From the NCBI RefSeq assembly GCF_009914755.1, contig NC_060933.1: a stretch of 64,000 nucleotides of DNA; one strand, 5' to 3'. Shown in pieces: positions 16,170 through 32,699 of the stretch. Positions within the stretch are counted from its first letter, which is position 1, and every line of letters starts with the position of its first letter. Source of the stretch: the human T2T-CHM13v2.0 reference genome, Homo sapiens. The position numbers were made by a program, and so were the translations under genes. Under the pieces are notes generated by a model. It was not told the DNA's origin and ran no database searches. It saw only the letters and a list, made by a program, of their open reading frames with translations.

Positions 16170-16724
16170 AACTTGTAATTGTACATCTTTAAAATCTTCA
16201 AACAAACAAACAAACAAACAAAATCTTATTTAGCCTCTTTCTTGTTTCCAGGAGTGTTTTTCTTGAGGACCTTGGAGACATTTCTTTGAAATGTAAACAC
16301 CAAGAAAGGCAGTGCTCCTATCTCCTTGTCTCCGTGGGAGTTTAACGTAGGTGCCTGGCTCCAAGTTGCAACTACCCACTTGTCAAAGAGACATGGAGTT
16401 TAGTTTTCCTTTGCATAAAGGAGTGTGCCTCCCCAATCACCAGGTGAATGTAAGATGGGCTGTGTAGCAAAAGGCGCTGTCAAGTCCTCTTACTTGAGGA
16501 CAAGTTGTCCTTTATCTTTAGAACATGTATGTAATGGGTTGTATCTGCCTGGCTATATAAATGGATGAAATTTCTTTATCTTTGCAATCACATTAGCGAT
16601 TGCCTGAAATGTACATCACAGTCTGGCTTAATACTTATTCCATAATAAGACTATTTCATTTCTACCTTGTGAAACTGATTCACTATGTTGGTAGGCAATT
16701 TTATCTGTACTTATTTCCCTAACA
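16170..16724 (+). mobile_element. ERV1 solo LTR (MER34/MER39-like)
   Basis: ctttgaaatgtaaaca...gaacatgtatgtaatgggttgtatctgcctggctatataa (TATA box)...ttccctaaca terminus. Confidence 0.6.
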
Positions 16725-18046
16725 CTGGTTCTCTCATCAATGAGTTAAAGAAAATCTCTGACATGTGTTCATTCTGTATCTGTGTGTGGGTCACGATTTT
16801 AACCTTTCTTGGAAAAAATCTTATTCGTGAGGAAATGGAAACTAGGTTTGCATTTCTAAAAGATAAAAAATATACGTCTCCTCTGAATATCTGTTTTATC
16901 TCCCCTGAAACACCTGTGTGAGGTGGACACAGATTCTAACACCCAGGACTTGCCTGATTGTTCCAGAAGTACTGAGATAAGGCCCCGCCCTCCGAATTTC
17001 TTCACGGGTCTTGAAATCGTGCTTTCGTACCACAACATTTAATAGCAGTATAGTCACATGTGCCTCTTACAGCCAAAAGGAATCTTTTTTTGAGTATGAT
17101 ATCCCCCTGGTCTCAAGCAGAAGTCAGCCTCTTCGTCTGTGCCTTTTTCTTTTTCAGATTACGCTTTTTTTTTTTTAAAGCCCCCATTTAGTTCCGATGC
17201 CAATTTAGGCACAATGTCAATTTAGGACCCAGTGCTCCTCCCATCTGCAAATCCAATCATCAAAATCCAGCAGCTCTGTAGTTAACAAACTTGCCCACAT
17301 CTGACTGCATGTGAGATTAGTTCCCATCTATTGTAACTCAGTCTGGCTTCATGGGATTTGAGCCCCTAACCTAGCATTTGCCCAACAAAAACAGGCCCTG
17401 ATGGGGAGTGGGGATGTGAGGGCCTGTGTGTGGGGTGGACATTGTGCTAATAAAATCAGACTTCCTATTGTTCTCCCTGCAAAGGAGATCTGAGGTTTAC
17501 CACTTCACAAGTGAAAACAGCTGAGGCTTAGGAGGCTTCGTGATTTACATTTCAGAAGGGCAGTAAGTGGAGGAGCTGAGATTCTTCCAGGGTGCCCGGC
17601 TATCCCAGAAAACGAATCAGCCATCAACGAAAGAATAAGAACTCTTGGTATTTGCCGGGCATCTTTCCCTGTAAAGTGATAGTTATCAATTGACTACTGT
17701 GTATAGAATATTTGTGCACAGACCCTGAGCGGCAGGGCGGAGAAGGGAAAGGAGAAGGAGGACAGGAGAGGAATGTGCCTCTAGGTATTGTCTGTTCCAT
17801 GAGGTCCTGACCCTAGTTCTTTGGGATGGAGGCTGGTATATGTTTGTCAGGAAATGGAGCTCAAGGGTATTCCTTGTATATGGGAAGGTACATCTGCAGA
17901 AATATGCATTTCATATTTCTCATATATAGTCATTTTGGTCAAAAGAACACTTTAGTGGCAGCGGGGTGTACCACACAGAACAGTCTAAAAGGAAGCAGCA
18001 ATCTGTTCCTCTAGTGGGGGCATGGAGCATCTCACTGCCTCACTCA

Positions 18047-18370
<324 letters not shown>

Positions 18371-18879
18371 CTATAAATAAAACAAAAGAGCACATTGAGC
18401 AGCCTTACAGGTGGTGCTTCTATCTAATTAAAGCCAGATTTTACGAAGACGTACAAGGCTTTTTATCAATCCAGGATTAGTCTGCCTGCTAAAGCTGAAA
18501 TCTATGACATTTATCTTCTCTTTCAACATAAGTATTATTATAATTGGGCAGATATCCATGTGGCTTTCTGTATGTGTGTGAGAAATTCTCCACTTCTCTA
18601 CTTCTCAGCATTAGTAAAGGAGTCTCAATATAATTTTAGTTCAACAGGAGTTTAATCTATGCCAGCTATTTTCCAGGCCCTGTGCTAGCCCTGAGGATAC
18701 AGCAAATAACAGGACATTTTCATACTCAGTCTTTCTCCTGAGCAACATTTGGTCTTCTCTACACAATCCTCAAAATCTCTATTGAACCAGCTTACTATTT
18801 TACTGGTTCCCTCATTAACGAATTGACTAAATCTTTGACACATGCTTATTTGATATTTGTATTGGTCATATTTTTAGCT

Positions 18880-19570
18880 GTTGGAAAGTTATATTTGACA
18901 GCCTTTCAAATGGTTTTCAGATCTAATAGTTATATACAATGTTTGCATATAGTATTTTTAGCATGAAAACATTGATGTTTTTATATAGTCAATTATGTCT
19001 ATATTGTATTTTACAGCTTCTGAGTTTCCAATCTTTGTTAAGAAAGTTTCATACTACCCTAGGTCCTACATACAACCTCATAGATTTTCTTTAAGATTGT
19101 TGTTTGTTTCTCATCCTCTTTAATTTACATATTCTTAGTGTGTATAAGATAGTGATCATGCTTATTTTCTGCCTTATGGACACTTGTTTGTTCCGGCAGA
19201 ATTTCAGAAATAATTCATCCCTGTTCCACTGAATTGAGCCACATTCCTTGTTACTAACAACTTTGCACATAAACTGGGATCTTTCTGAGATCTTGACTGT
19301 TCTACTGACTTCTCTGTTCCTATCCACTACCATACTGATTCTAGTATAGAAGCTTTTAGCATGCTTTAATATCTGGTAAGTCAACATCTTACTAGGTTTT
19401 TAAATGGTTTTTGTTTGTTTGTTTGTTTTGCTTTGTTTGGCTGGTGAAAGGAATAAGCAATTCTTGGGCATTATTCACACATAGGAATTTCAGTTCCAGA
19501 GAAAAACCACAGTAATTCTGATTTTACTTGGAATTTCCATGGATTTATTTCTAATATACTATAAATGATT
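18880..19570 (-). mobile_element. Old L1M fragment
   Basis: Antisense ORF2-like remnant. ORF 19091..19387 contains IQWNRDELFLKFC, resembling L1 [13 protein letters not shown]. Confidence 0.55.
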
Positions 19571-19611
19571 TTAGAAAAAGAATGTTACTGGAGCAGGACA
19601 GCTCATCTAGG

Positions 19612-19777
19612 GTAGTGGCTCTCAAACCTAGCTAAACAGTCGAATCACCAGAAGGGCTCTTAAAATCCAGATACAGACCATTTAAAATCCCGATCTCTGG
19701 AGGTGGAGCCAGGTAAAGGTATCTTTTGAATCTCCTCTGGTGACTCCAAGATAAAGCCAAGTTTAAGAACCACACTG
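19612..19777. mobile_element. MER5-type hAT/Charlie MITE
   Basis: Terminal inverted repeats tagtggctctcaaacct ... aagtttaagaaccacactg and internal gaatcacc. Confidence 0.7.
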
Positions 19778-20559
19778 ATCCAGTGGTAAAACAATTTTCA
19801 AAACAGAATCACATTTTTAAAAAATTTTGTCCCAACATACTTTAGAAATGGATATAATTCAGTTATCATTTTATAATAATCTTTAATACACATTCTAACT
19901 GTATACATCAATCAGAACATTTCTTCTTGACTATTTTTGTAATTCTGCTAAACGGAAAACACTTTTCATGACAAGAAAACATTTGCAGAAGAAAATTTAA
20001 AAAAGAAAACATTTGCTGTAACGAACTAAATACCAAAAGCTTACAACTAATTGGCGCTGATCCGTAGTACACATGTAATCACTGGACTATTACATATTTT
20101 TTATCTTTTTATCAGCTGTATATTTCTTGACCTCATCATTTAGGTGGGTAGCTGCCTGCTACAACAGAGAAGCAGGGCTTCTTGCCACAGAGGAGTGCTT
20201 GTTAGTTGACTAATGAATTCTGGCAGCTGATTTTCCCAAGAAAATACATTTTTAAATGTTTTCCTTTTATATATTGGAACAACTATTTTCCTGTTTTTAT
20301 ACAGAACACATAGAATTGTAGTAATTCTTAAAATGGAATTCCCATAATTAACATTATATATCCATATGCACAATTTGGAATGAATTGTCTTTTTGTTTTT
20401 GTGTGAAACTTACACATTTTAATAACCTCATTCAATGTAATTAGTAAATAGTTTTCTTGAGGATGATATCCAGAACCCAGAGACACCAGCTTAACTGTGG
20501 TTCTCCTTATTGGCTATACTCAATAATTCCATCAGCGAACCCATCAGTAATTCAGAATA

Positions 20560-21228
20560 ACATGGAATGTATATGAAAACCTGTGTCTATTGTCCTCAAA
20601 TAGTCTTGTCTCTTTGTGTCATAAGGCCCAACTCACTCTTCCTCACTTCAATGACAGTGTCTTTGGAAATAGCCCCATAGAAGTTAGGGTGAGGAGGAGG
20701 GATTCTTCTGAACACCAAGGACTGGCAGATAAAAGGTAGCTTAATATTCAGAACGTGTTAGGTCAGGCTTCTTGACACGGATGCCCATTGGCCAAACCCA
20801 TCTTTGTATCTGTATCTGAGTAACGCATCTCCAACAAAGCCAACTTCAATAACCAGGTCTTTTTTCTTTTTCCTGTTGAGCAGCACTTAAATGTCAGTTT
20901 CTCCATGGACAGAAACTTTAGGTAGAGGGCTGTTCCATTTATCTCCTTCCTCTTTTCATTTCTTTTTCATCTTGTCAAAGGAAACTGCGCTCTGTGGAGC
21001 CTTGTTATCACTCTTCCCTTTGGTGTTTCCTTTTTCATGTATCTTGATGGTATTTTTCATTTTTATGATCTCAGCAGGGTGCTGTTCATAGTAAAACTTA
21101 GACTTCAAACCCAACTTTTTTTTTTTTTTCTCCTTTACCTTCTTGGAAAGTTCATGGGCTTCACAGCTGTTTTTCCCCTTTTCTCATGCTAACCTAAGTG
21201 ATGTATTCATTGTGTGGTCTGGTGACAC
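20560..21228 (-). pseudogene. NSA2: Old, heavily decayed processed pseudogene of NSA2 (TINP1, 60S biogenesis factor)
   Basis: Minus-strand remnants are collinear with NSA2: PHNEYI (PQNEYI), EAHELSKK (EAHERSKK), GLKSKFY, MKNTIKIHEKGNTK (MKKTIKMHEKRNTK), PMGIRVKK (PMGLRFKK), LKLPFICQSLVF region, KDTVIEVRKSELGLMTQ (KGTVIEVNVSELGLVTQ). Intronless, with stops, frameshifts, deletions and a lost ATG. The symbol is that of the parent gene. Confidence 0.85.
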
Positions 21229-21661
21229 ACAGTCAGAGATATTTTCAGGTTTTGGTCCTGCAACCCATGAGCCAACTCCTCCAGCACATAACAGGAAAGA
21301 AAACATGTTTCCAACAATACAAATAAATATTCCCATGATGTGCTGCTGAGATACACTGACAACTAAACATGAGCTTTCCCTTTAACCCAACTTAGATATT
21401 TCAAACTTTAAACATTGAAAGAAGTTTATTAACTGATTTGGAAGTATTTCCAGTTGATTAGGGAATAGATCATTAGGGACTGCCATTGCAAAATGATTGG
21501 TCTCCTGTGGATAACAACACCAAAAACACGTGAGACATATGAATTCTGATTTCCATGTAAAAATAGAAAGTTACTTTATTTCATATAAAAATGAAACAAT
21601 GATGTCCCATGAGGCATATTTACTTTATAACTTTTTATGCATAATAAAAATTACTATATTA

Positions 21662-22560
<899 letters not shown>

Positions 22561-22562
22561 TA

Positions 22563-22904
<342 letters not shown>

Positions 22905-23109
22905 TTAAAGCATTTATAAATTAATAGGTCTAGTACTAATTGTCACAAATCCATTCCCATTATCTTATATTTGCATGCTTGCTTATTCCAAATGAAGTGT
23001 TCTATCATAATGGCAGCTGTTAATACCTTTATTTCTGGCACCACACAGTTTTGAACAAACTTAAAAGGAAGAAGTCAACACACATTTTCTGCCACGTTGA
23101 AATTTTCAG

Positions 23110-23318
23110 CCATGTAGTTAAATTTACCCTTTGTGGGTCATATGATCTCTTTTGCAGCACTCAACTCTGACACGAAGTACCAATGTGGCCACGGACAACA
23201 CATAAAGAAAGAGAATATGTTCCAATAAAACCTTCTCTTTTGAACAAAAACAGGCTTTGTATTTTTTTAATTAAAAAATGTCCAAACTTGGCCTGATGCC
23301 CAGTTTGCCAACCTCTGC
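23110..23318. mobile_element. MER58-type DNA transposon remnant
   Basis: tgttccaataaaac...acaaaaacaggc...cagtttgccaacctctg terminus. Confidence 0.55.
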
Positions 23319-24051
23319 ATTAGATATTATCTTTTGCTATTACATGGTTAAATTAAAGTAATAAAACTGAATAATCCAGTATAGGACTAGGATCTTCAGT
23401 TTAATATTATATGCCAAAGCCACTTATGCCAGTAAATATCACAGTTTTTCTGGTTTGTTCTGATCCTTCATACACTTTAAGGTGTCCTGTGAAGGACTGG
23501 AAGAATAGATGCTATTTAACAGTGTAGCTTAGATACATATGGGCAATGGGTTGCAAAAAGCATTAATGACTTAAAAAATATCAGGATATTATTTATATGT
23601 GAGCATCTGACTTTCTTGTTATTTAATAAATCTATTGGTGTTTATCTTGTTAACTTCTCAAAGTGATCCTAAATAATGCTATGTTGGTTAGGATTGCACC
23701 AAGACAAGAAAAAAAATCCCCCAGGAATCTGCATAGTCAAACAACAAGTGTAATATACCAGATGAAATTTCAAATGAAATATATTCAAATGAGTACATTT
23801 AATAACAATGCTTGCTACCTTGGTATTTCTGCATTTGTGGATTTCCTAAACCTAACACTGACTGTTTACTTCTTTTCAAGGTGGAAAAGATGATCTATTA
23901 TAATAAACTGACCTATTAGAAGGCATAAACAGTTTCATAGTACCGGGACAGACATACCTATTACTATTAGTCAACTTAGTTATGAATTACTATAAAATGG
24001 CATTTCTCTATGCAGCTACCTTATTTTTCAGGTTATATTTAATTTAAACTA

Positions 24052-24252
<201 letters not shown>

Positions 24253-24867
24253 TTAAAGGAGAAGGAAAAAAACAGTTATTTCTGTTCAAAATCACGGCTT
24301 CCCTTTTTTAGTTGAGCATCACAGTTTGCATCCAACTTTCCATCTTACAGAGTTGTTTTCTCACTTTCTCCCTATCTTGAACACAATAACCTTACCCTGT
24401 TTTTATTTTTTTAAGTTCAATTCTACACTTTGTTGAAATTTTTCTTAGTATTTTTTCTATTACTCATGACATTTGGATTTACATTGCAAATATTTTCTTT
24501 CTTAGAACCTCATTATCAGCATTATCTCATAATTTTATAATGATGTATTGTCTTTATGATATGGATAATCATATATTACATATATATTATACACACATAT
24601 GGTGATCTTGCACAGTTTGTCAAAATATATGCTGTTTACAGAAATCATACTTAGGATATGCATTGCATGCATCTGGTAGTAATGCTCTTAAACTTTCATT
24701 TACATTTGTTCATTGCAGTTCTACTTTGCACTTACTGTCCCAGAGTAACTATCACTTGTGTATTTTTTATTTCTTAAAGGTGTTCTGGTTTAGATGATGA
24801 ATTATATGGTCATTTTATCTAACTGTGAAAAGACTGAGTACCAACAAATGTAAACAGATTTTTTTTA

Positions 24868-25131
<264 letters not shown>

Positions 25132-25692
25132 CTAAATATAAATATGCCATACAGTAGCACATTGAAAATGTGTGCATCCATATGCCACACCACACACACA
25201 TAGACACACATTGTATTTCTAAGCCATTCACTGAAGGAAACAACTGACAATAATATATTTTCTGGTGGCATCAGGAGTTGATATATGTAATACCCACTGT
25301 TAGATTTTTCTAACATTTTCTCAAACTTCATCATCTAGAAATGCTTTTATTAATCTACTCCCAATGGCTCTTATCTTTAGAGCAGCCCATTTCTTCTCAT
25401 TCTGTTTGATTAAAAACACTCAGGAAAGAAGTCATATTTCACTACATAAATTATTTATTTTAAGGTCACTCTTATATTAAATATCAGTGTCACTCAATTT
25501 AAATACCTTTGTTCATTCCCAGTAGCTTTGGCTTCTCTTAATTCTTACACATGTACCTACTTTACTAAAGATTTTGTCTGTAAAGATACAGAAACACATA
25601 TCATACTTATTAATTACTGCTTTAGACATGTAATAAATGTATTTTAAATGAGCTGACATGTAATATTTTTCTCAACCCTCAGCTAATGGTAC

Positions 25693-26015
25693 TGCTAATG
25701 GGCACTGCAATGTGTCAACTTGGCTAGGCCATGGTAAACAGCTTTTGGTCAAACACTAGTCTTGATGTTGCAGTGCAGGTATTTTTTAGAGGTAACCAAT
25801 ATTAAATCAGTAAACATTGAGTAAAGCAGGTTAAACTCTATAACGTGGGTGGGCCTCATCCAATCAGTTGAAGGCTGTAAGAGAAAGAAAGAAAACTGAA
25901 GTTCTCTAGGAAAGAAGGAATTTTGCCTCCAGACAACCTCTGGACTCCAGCTGCAATATCACCTCTTACCTAGGACTTGCCAGTCCTTACAATCAGGTAA
26001 GCCAATTCCTTAAAA

Positions 26016-26049
<34 letters not shown>

Positions 26050-26119
26050 ACACACACACACACACACAGGCACACAGACATCCTATTGGTTCTGTTTCTC
26101 TGGAGAGCCCTGACTGACA
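25693..26119 (+). mobile_element. ERVL LTR MLT2 (MLT2D-like) containing a (CT)n(CA)n microsatellite
   Basis: atgtgtcaacttggctaggcc...gtgggtgggcctcatccaatcagttgaaggc...tcctattggttctgtttctctggagagccctgact. Confidence 0.85.
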
Positions 26120-27666
26120 AAGGCACAGAGGTTTTGTTTTCTTGGATGCTTTGTTGAGAGAGCATGGCCTTAACACCTCTGTTTTGGTTCTTCCTGCTGT
26201 AGCTTGTCAGAACTCCAATGCTGCCACACTCTCTCAGCACTCTGTCAGGGTCTTATAAATTCACTATAAATGTCACATATGTTCAGCTCATCAAAAAACA
26301 AGTTGTTTCATTTTATCAGTAATATAAAATAATATTTGATAATATTTGTCAAAATCACATGAAGAAATTAATATTACCCAGAAAATCTCTTCTTTTTAAA
26401 AGTAAAAAGAAAAATAAGCAATTGTCCTTTGAAAAATATATTTATTTAATAAATGAAGATGCATGAAAACCTAGTGAAATATGAAACTATTTGAAGCTGA
26501 TGAGCTGATGTCATTCAAGCCAATAAGATGGCATTGTTTAATTATATTTAATTTCACAAAAATATTACTAGTACTTTTTGCATGGCTATCCATTTCATTC
26601 ACAGTATCTGAAATACATATAGTAAACTGCACTTCAAAAGTTCTCCATTTTATGTATCATTTTAAAATTTAGAAGTTTGATTTTCTCACATTGGGTTAAT
26701 GTACTTACAAGGAATTAATGTATCAAGTGCATGATGAATAAGCACATTCTGAGTAAAATATGTGTAAATTAAACAATTATTCCTTGTTACATAACTTATT
26801 ATGTGTTCATGATAAAAACAAAACTCTCTGTCAAATGTAAATGAAGACATCTAAGATTATTATTCCCTGGCCATGAACTAAGGGAAACTTGAAAAAGATT
26901 GACTACAGACTTTCACATTTTTAGCACTTCCCTTATACTTATAATCATGTCTTTATTTGTTGCTTAAAGAAAATGCTAATATTTGAGCTATTTTTTTTTA
27001 GTTGACTAACAAAGTTTTCTTCCCGAAAAGGTTTTTTCTGGATTATTGCAACCTATACATTTCTTTTTCTCATTCTATGTTTACTATTACTCTCCAACAG
27101 CAGTATTGGTCTTCTAAGGCATGTGAAGTACAGTTCCTGGAATGTTTCCCTCAGGCAAATAGAATAGTAAAAAACTTATCAAGTAAAAGAGACATAAAGC
27201 AATGACCTTGAAACTCTTTTGTTCTTTAGCTAATACCTTGATTTTTTCTTTATTGTAATCGCTAGTGCTTGTATCTAGAAATTTAAGAATATACTTATAG
27301 CTCATTATGCATATTTTAAAATAAAAGCAGATTAATGAATTGTAAATCCAAACTTTCTAAAAATCATAAAACATTCTATGATTTATGAAGTCAATACATA
27401 AAAATATGAAACAAAAAATGATGTTTGGGATGGAAAGCATTGAGTTCAATAAGTCAACAGTAATGAGCCCACCAAGATCAGCACTGGAGAGGGACAACTC
27501 CCATGTAGTCCCTCTTGAATAAGATCCTCCCACTGGAGAAGCAAAATTTCAAGTCTTGGTCTTTAGAAGTAATGCTAAAAGGTAAACTCTCTTCTCACTT
27601 GTCCACAAAAGTCATACTTTTAGCATTTTAAAACACTTGCAAGAGCAAAGAAAAGTTCTCCCAGCT

Positions 27667-27922
27667 GGTCAGGTGCAGTGGCTCATGCTTGTAATCCCAG
27701 CCCTTTGGGAGGCTGACGCGGGCAGATCACTTGGGCCCAAGAGTTCGAGACCAGCCTGGGCAGCATGGCAAGACTGGTCGCACTTGCTTATATTCCCAGC
27801 TACTTGGAAGGGGGAGGTGGGAGGATCGCTTGAGCTCGGGAGGTGGAGGCTGCAGTGAGCAGTGCTTGTGTCACTGCACCCCAGCCTGGGCAACACAGCA
27901 AGACCCCATTTCAAGAAAAAAA
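27667..27922 (+). mobile_element. AluJ-type with the middle linker deleted
   Basis: Both arms are recognisable, but the central A-rich linker is missing. Confidence 0.85.
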
Positions 27923-29394
27923 CAGTTCTACCTAGCCATAATCAATGCAAATATTCCCCTACAATATATATTTGAATAATACACTAAAATAAAATAATTC
28001 CAGTAACACATTTAATATAATCTTTTCTCAGAAATCTGTTGGAAAAAATCCTTTGTATGAAATTCAATTATATAAATAGGAAATGTAGTGGGATACTGGA
28101 AAATTAATGTCACTTATTATGTTTACGATAAAATCCAACGTTCCTCAAAGTTTTCAGAATAAAAGCCTTGCTATCCAAAATGAATAAAGAAAACTTAGCT
28201 TGTGGTTTAAAGCAGGAAGTGCTTTTCTAATTTTATATGAATTTAGTTTATAATTATTAGCTTTATTAATTAAGATTATAGTTTTGATTGCTGAATCTCG
28301 ATCAGTATTAGCAATGTGGACCCCTGCCACGTTAGTCTGTCACCATTAGATCAGGAGCCACATTTTCTAGTACACTAGAGTATATACTGTGTGGGCTTGA
28401 ATCCTGACTCCATCCTGGAAAAGTTACATAGCCTCTCTCTGCCTCAGTCTACTCATAAGTGAAGTGAGAACACATACACTCCTCTCTCACAAGATCGTTG
28501 TGAGGGTTAAATGAGTTAGTATTTGTACTTTTACAACAGTGCTGGGCACATGGGGTACCTTCAGTGAACGACTGCTTCATTATTATTGTCAGGGCACTGG
28601 GCAGAAAAAGAGGTGGAAATGAGTTTAAAATAGCACATAGGGGATATATAGGAAAGTAGACAGCTTAAAATGATAGCAGATTTAATTTTTGAAGGACCTA
28701 GGAAATCTTCAGTTTCCACCAGGAAAAAGAGATTTACAACCATTCATCCACACTTACACAGCTCCTTCTCTGCCAGCCAGCTTGTTCCTGGGCTGACTCA
28801 CTTCAATCACTGGTAACCTAAATCTTACTCAGAAGTATTAATATATCTATCTCATTTTCTTGTGTTAGAGGACCACGAGAGTTTTTAAATGATACTTGAA
28901 GATTATTGGTGTAATTATAATGTTTTTGTCACACTTCCTCAAAGAATACCGGAAAAACTAAGGACAGATATGTTCACAAAGTTCCCAAATACGAATTCTT
29001 GCAGATAAAGAACTTTGTCATACAAGGAAGAACTGTGTCAGAAGTAATTTTGCTAAAATGTGTTATGTCCTCATTCATACAGCTAATATTCACTGAAAGC
29101 CTTCCATATGCAGGTGAAAGATAAAAATGCAGAAGACAATGAATTACTTTTAAGGATCCCACAGTATGGAAAAGAGGACATATAATCCTGAAATATGATT
29201 GTTTCTGCCACATTCACAGTGATGCTTCTGTAAACAGGCATCTGGTCCAGAATGACTTCTAAGAAAGGATAAGGAAGGAGTCTACCTTCTTTAGACTCCT
29301 GCAAAGTATGACGCTTCTGAAAAGCTAAGACATAAGTAATTTTGAGTTGCTATTTCCTTTATTTCCTTATGCCATATTTTATCTTCACATTTTA

Positions 29395-29688
<294 letters not shown>

Positions 29689-30175
29689 ACTTTCACATTT
29701 TTCACACCCAGAATGTACTCTTAAATCTGGCTTCTCATTACTACTTTTCTACTTCTCACTGTCATTCTAAGCACAGGCATGTCTCATCCCCATCCTACCT
29801 TGTACTGCCTTTTCAGGGGAAACATCAACATTGAGAGGAAAACATTGCTTGAAAACAGCAAGATTCCATAGGGTGCAAACACTGATGTCTTACAAAAGAA
29901 AAAAAAAAAAAACACGATTCCACAGAAATTTTCTTAAAGTGTTCTATCAATCACCTTCACTCAGATTGACTAGGAGTGACCACTTGGAGACTTTAGAACG
30001 TGAGCCTCAACCAGACCAGGAATCAGGATTTCTGTGGTTGAGACCCAGGGGTTTGCATATTTAATAAGCTAACTAGGTAGCTGTGATGACACAAAGGCTT
30101 CAGGATGATTTATCAGGGATAATGGGCAAATTACAGAGGTTTACTCTCTAAATAAATTGAATATTAATTCCAATA

Positions 30176-30504
<329 letters not shown>

Positions 30505-30509
30505 TCATT

Positions 30510-31240
30510 TTCATAGAGTTATAATTTATATTCAATAAATTTAAGGTTATAGTTCAATGAGTTTTAACAAATATATATACCTACGTTATTGCCAAAGAAT
30601 CAAGGTGTAGGCAATTTCATATCAACTCACTAATTGCCATTTGCATCAAACTCCCAACACTGTCACCGAGACCCAGACCCAGACCCAGGAAACCAATGAT
30701 CTACATTCCGTAACTACAGATTAGTTTTGTCAGTTCCAAAATTTCATAAAATTGTATCGTGTATGTGTTCTTTTGTGACTGAGTTCCTTGCTAAGTGTAA
30801 CATTTTTGAGATACACACATGCTGTTGCATATATCAACAGTCTGTTCTTTCTTATTGCTTGGGGTATTCAACTGTTTGACAACTTGTTTATCCATTTACC
30901 TGCTGATAGACATTTGAACTGTTTCCAGGTTTAAACTCTTATAAATAAAGCTGCTAGGAACATTCACACATACATCTTTATGTTGACATATGCATTCATT
31001 TCTGCTGGGTAAATACATGGGAGTGGAATTGCTGAGCTATATATTAAGTGTATATTTAGCTTAGAAGAATGCCAAATTGTTTTCCAAAGTGATAGTATCA
31101 TTTTCACATTTCCCACCAGCAATGTATGAGAATTCCATATCTTTGCCAAACACTTGGTGTTTCCACCCTTTTTAATTTTAGCCTTTCTGCTAGGTGTATA
31201 GTGGTTTCTCATTGTGATTTTATTTCTCTAAAGACTAGTG
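30510..31240 (-). mobile_element. L1M ORF2 C-terminus and 3' UTR fragment
   Basis: ORF 30964..31212 MRNHYTPSRKAKIKK...HTLLVGNVK resembles the L1 ORF2 C-terminus ([15 protein letters not shown]). Confidence 0.8.
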
Positions 31241-31697
31241 ACGATTCATTTTAATATAATAATAAGTTAGAATAGATGTATTGGGATTCTGTAGATCAAT
31301 TCGGGGAGGATGATAAGAATATTGAATCCTGCAATCGATGAATACACAAAGCTTTCCTAGGAAATATTTGCCTTTATTCACTCACATATTTTCTTTCCTT
31401 CTGGGCATAATAAGAGGAACTTAGGGAAAACAGGCCTTGGTTCTGCATTCTCAGTAAAGGCCTTGATCTCTATCTTTAATTTTCATGCATGATCTTTCCT
31501 CTCTATTTCTTTTCTTTCCTCTCTCTTTTCTCCTTCTCCCATTTCCTGGTAAAGATAGTTGATTGCACAGAGTCTGGAATCCTCTGTGAGTAGGTTCACA
31601 TTCCAATTCTTCAACTTACTTATTTCTGATGGACATGGATTTACTTTTTCATCTTATTTTGAGTTTCTATTTATTTTACTTTTTTATTACAAATTTT

Positions 31698-31977
31698 TAT
31701 TTTTTTTGAGACAAGGTCTCACTCTGCCACGCAGGCTGGAGTACAGTGGCATGATCTTGGCTCACTGCAGCCTTGACCTCACTGGGATCAAGCGACCCTC
31801 ACACCTCAGCCTACTGAGTAGCTGGGACTACAGGCACACACCACCATGTCCAGATAATTTTTGTATTTTTTGTAGAGATGGAGTTTTGCTGTGTTGCCCA
31901 GACTGGGCAATCAAGTAATCTGCCTGCCTTGGCCTCCTAAAGTCCTGGGATTACAGGCATGAGCCACTGTGACCGGC
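31698..31977 (-). mobile_element. AluJ-type
   Basis: Antisense dimer with a small left-arm deletion. Confidence 0.87.
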
Positions 31978-32699
31978 TTTATTTATTTTTAAAAAATATT
32001 TATTGAAATTTAATTAGCACTTCAGTGTTTTACAGAAAAATAATTTTCCAAAATATTAAGTAGATTGTATTATAAACACATTATTATATGAAAAAATTAT
32101 ATACACTTTGTTTTCTTCAATACATTTCCCATGGCATTAAAAGAAATGCAGTTAGTTATATTTTCAGTTATGACAAGCAAACATTCAGAAGACTACACTT
32201 CCTACCAAGGACAAGTAGAAAATGTGTACCAAGTAAAGTTTAAATAATCTTCTTGAAAGTTTTAAAGATCTACTATGACTGCCAGGACTCAAGAATGTAA
32301 AGATCTTAGAAGACAAGCTCAGAACACTCTTTCTGCTTTTACCCTTGAAGCACTGGTCAACTCCCAAGGAGCAATGGGCAAGAGACAAGGTGGCCAAGCA
32401 GAAAGTGACAGGACAGCTATGAGGCTGGGTCACGAAGCAGGGGTCTCTGTAGACTCATCACAATTAGGAGTCAGATGGCAGAATTCAGAGATTTTCAAAA
32501 AAATGTTTTGGCAAAGGCCTTCAAATCTCAGTTGGGACTAGTGAAGCATTGTACTCCAGATATAAGATATCAACTAGGCCTCATGGGGACTGAGACGCTG
32601 CACTGAGTCAGTTAAATGCTGATTTGAATTAACAACTGTGCCTAACCTAGAAGCCTATCAGAGGCTGTGGTGGGGATTCACTGGGGGATCACTTTGTCT

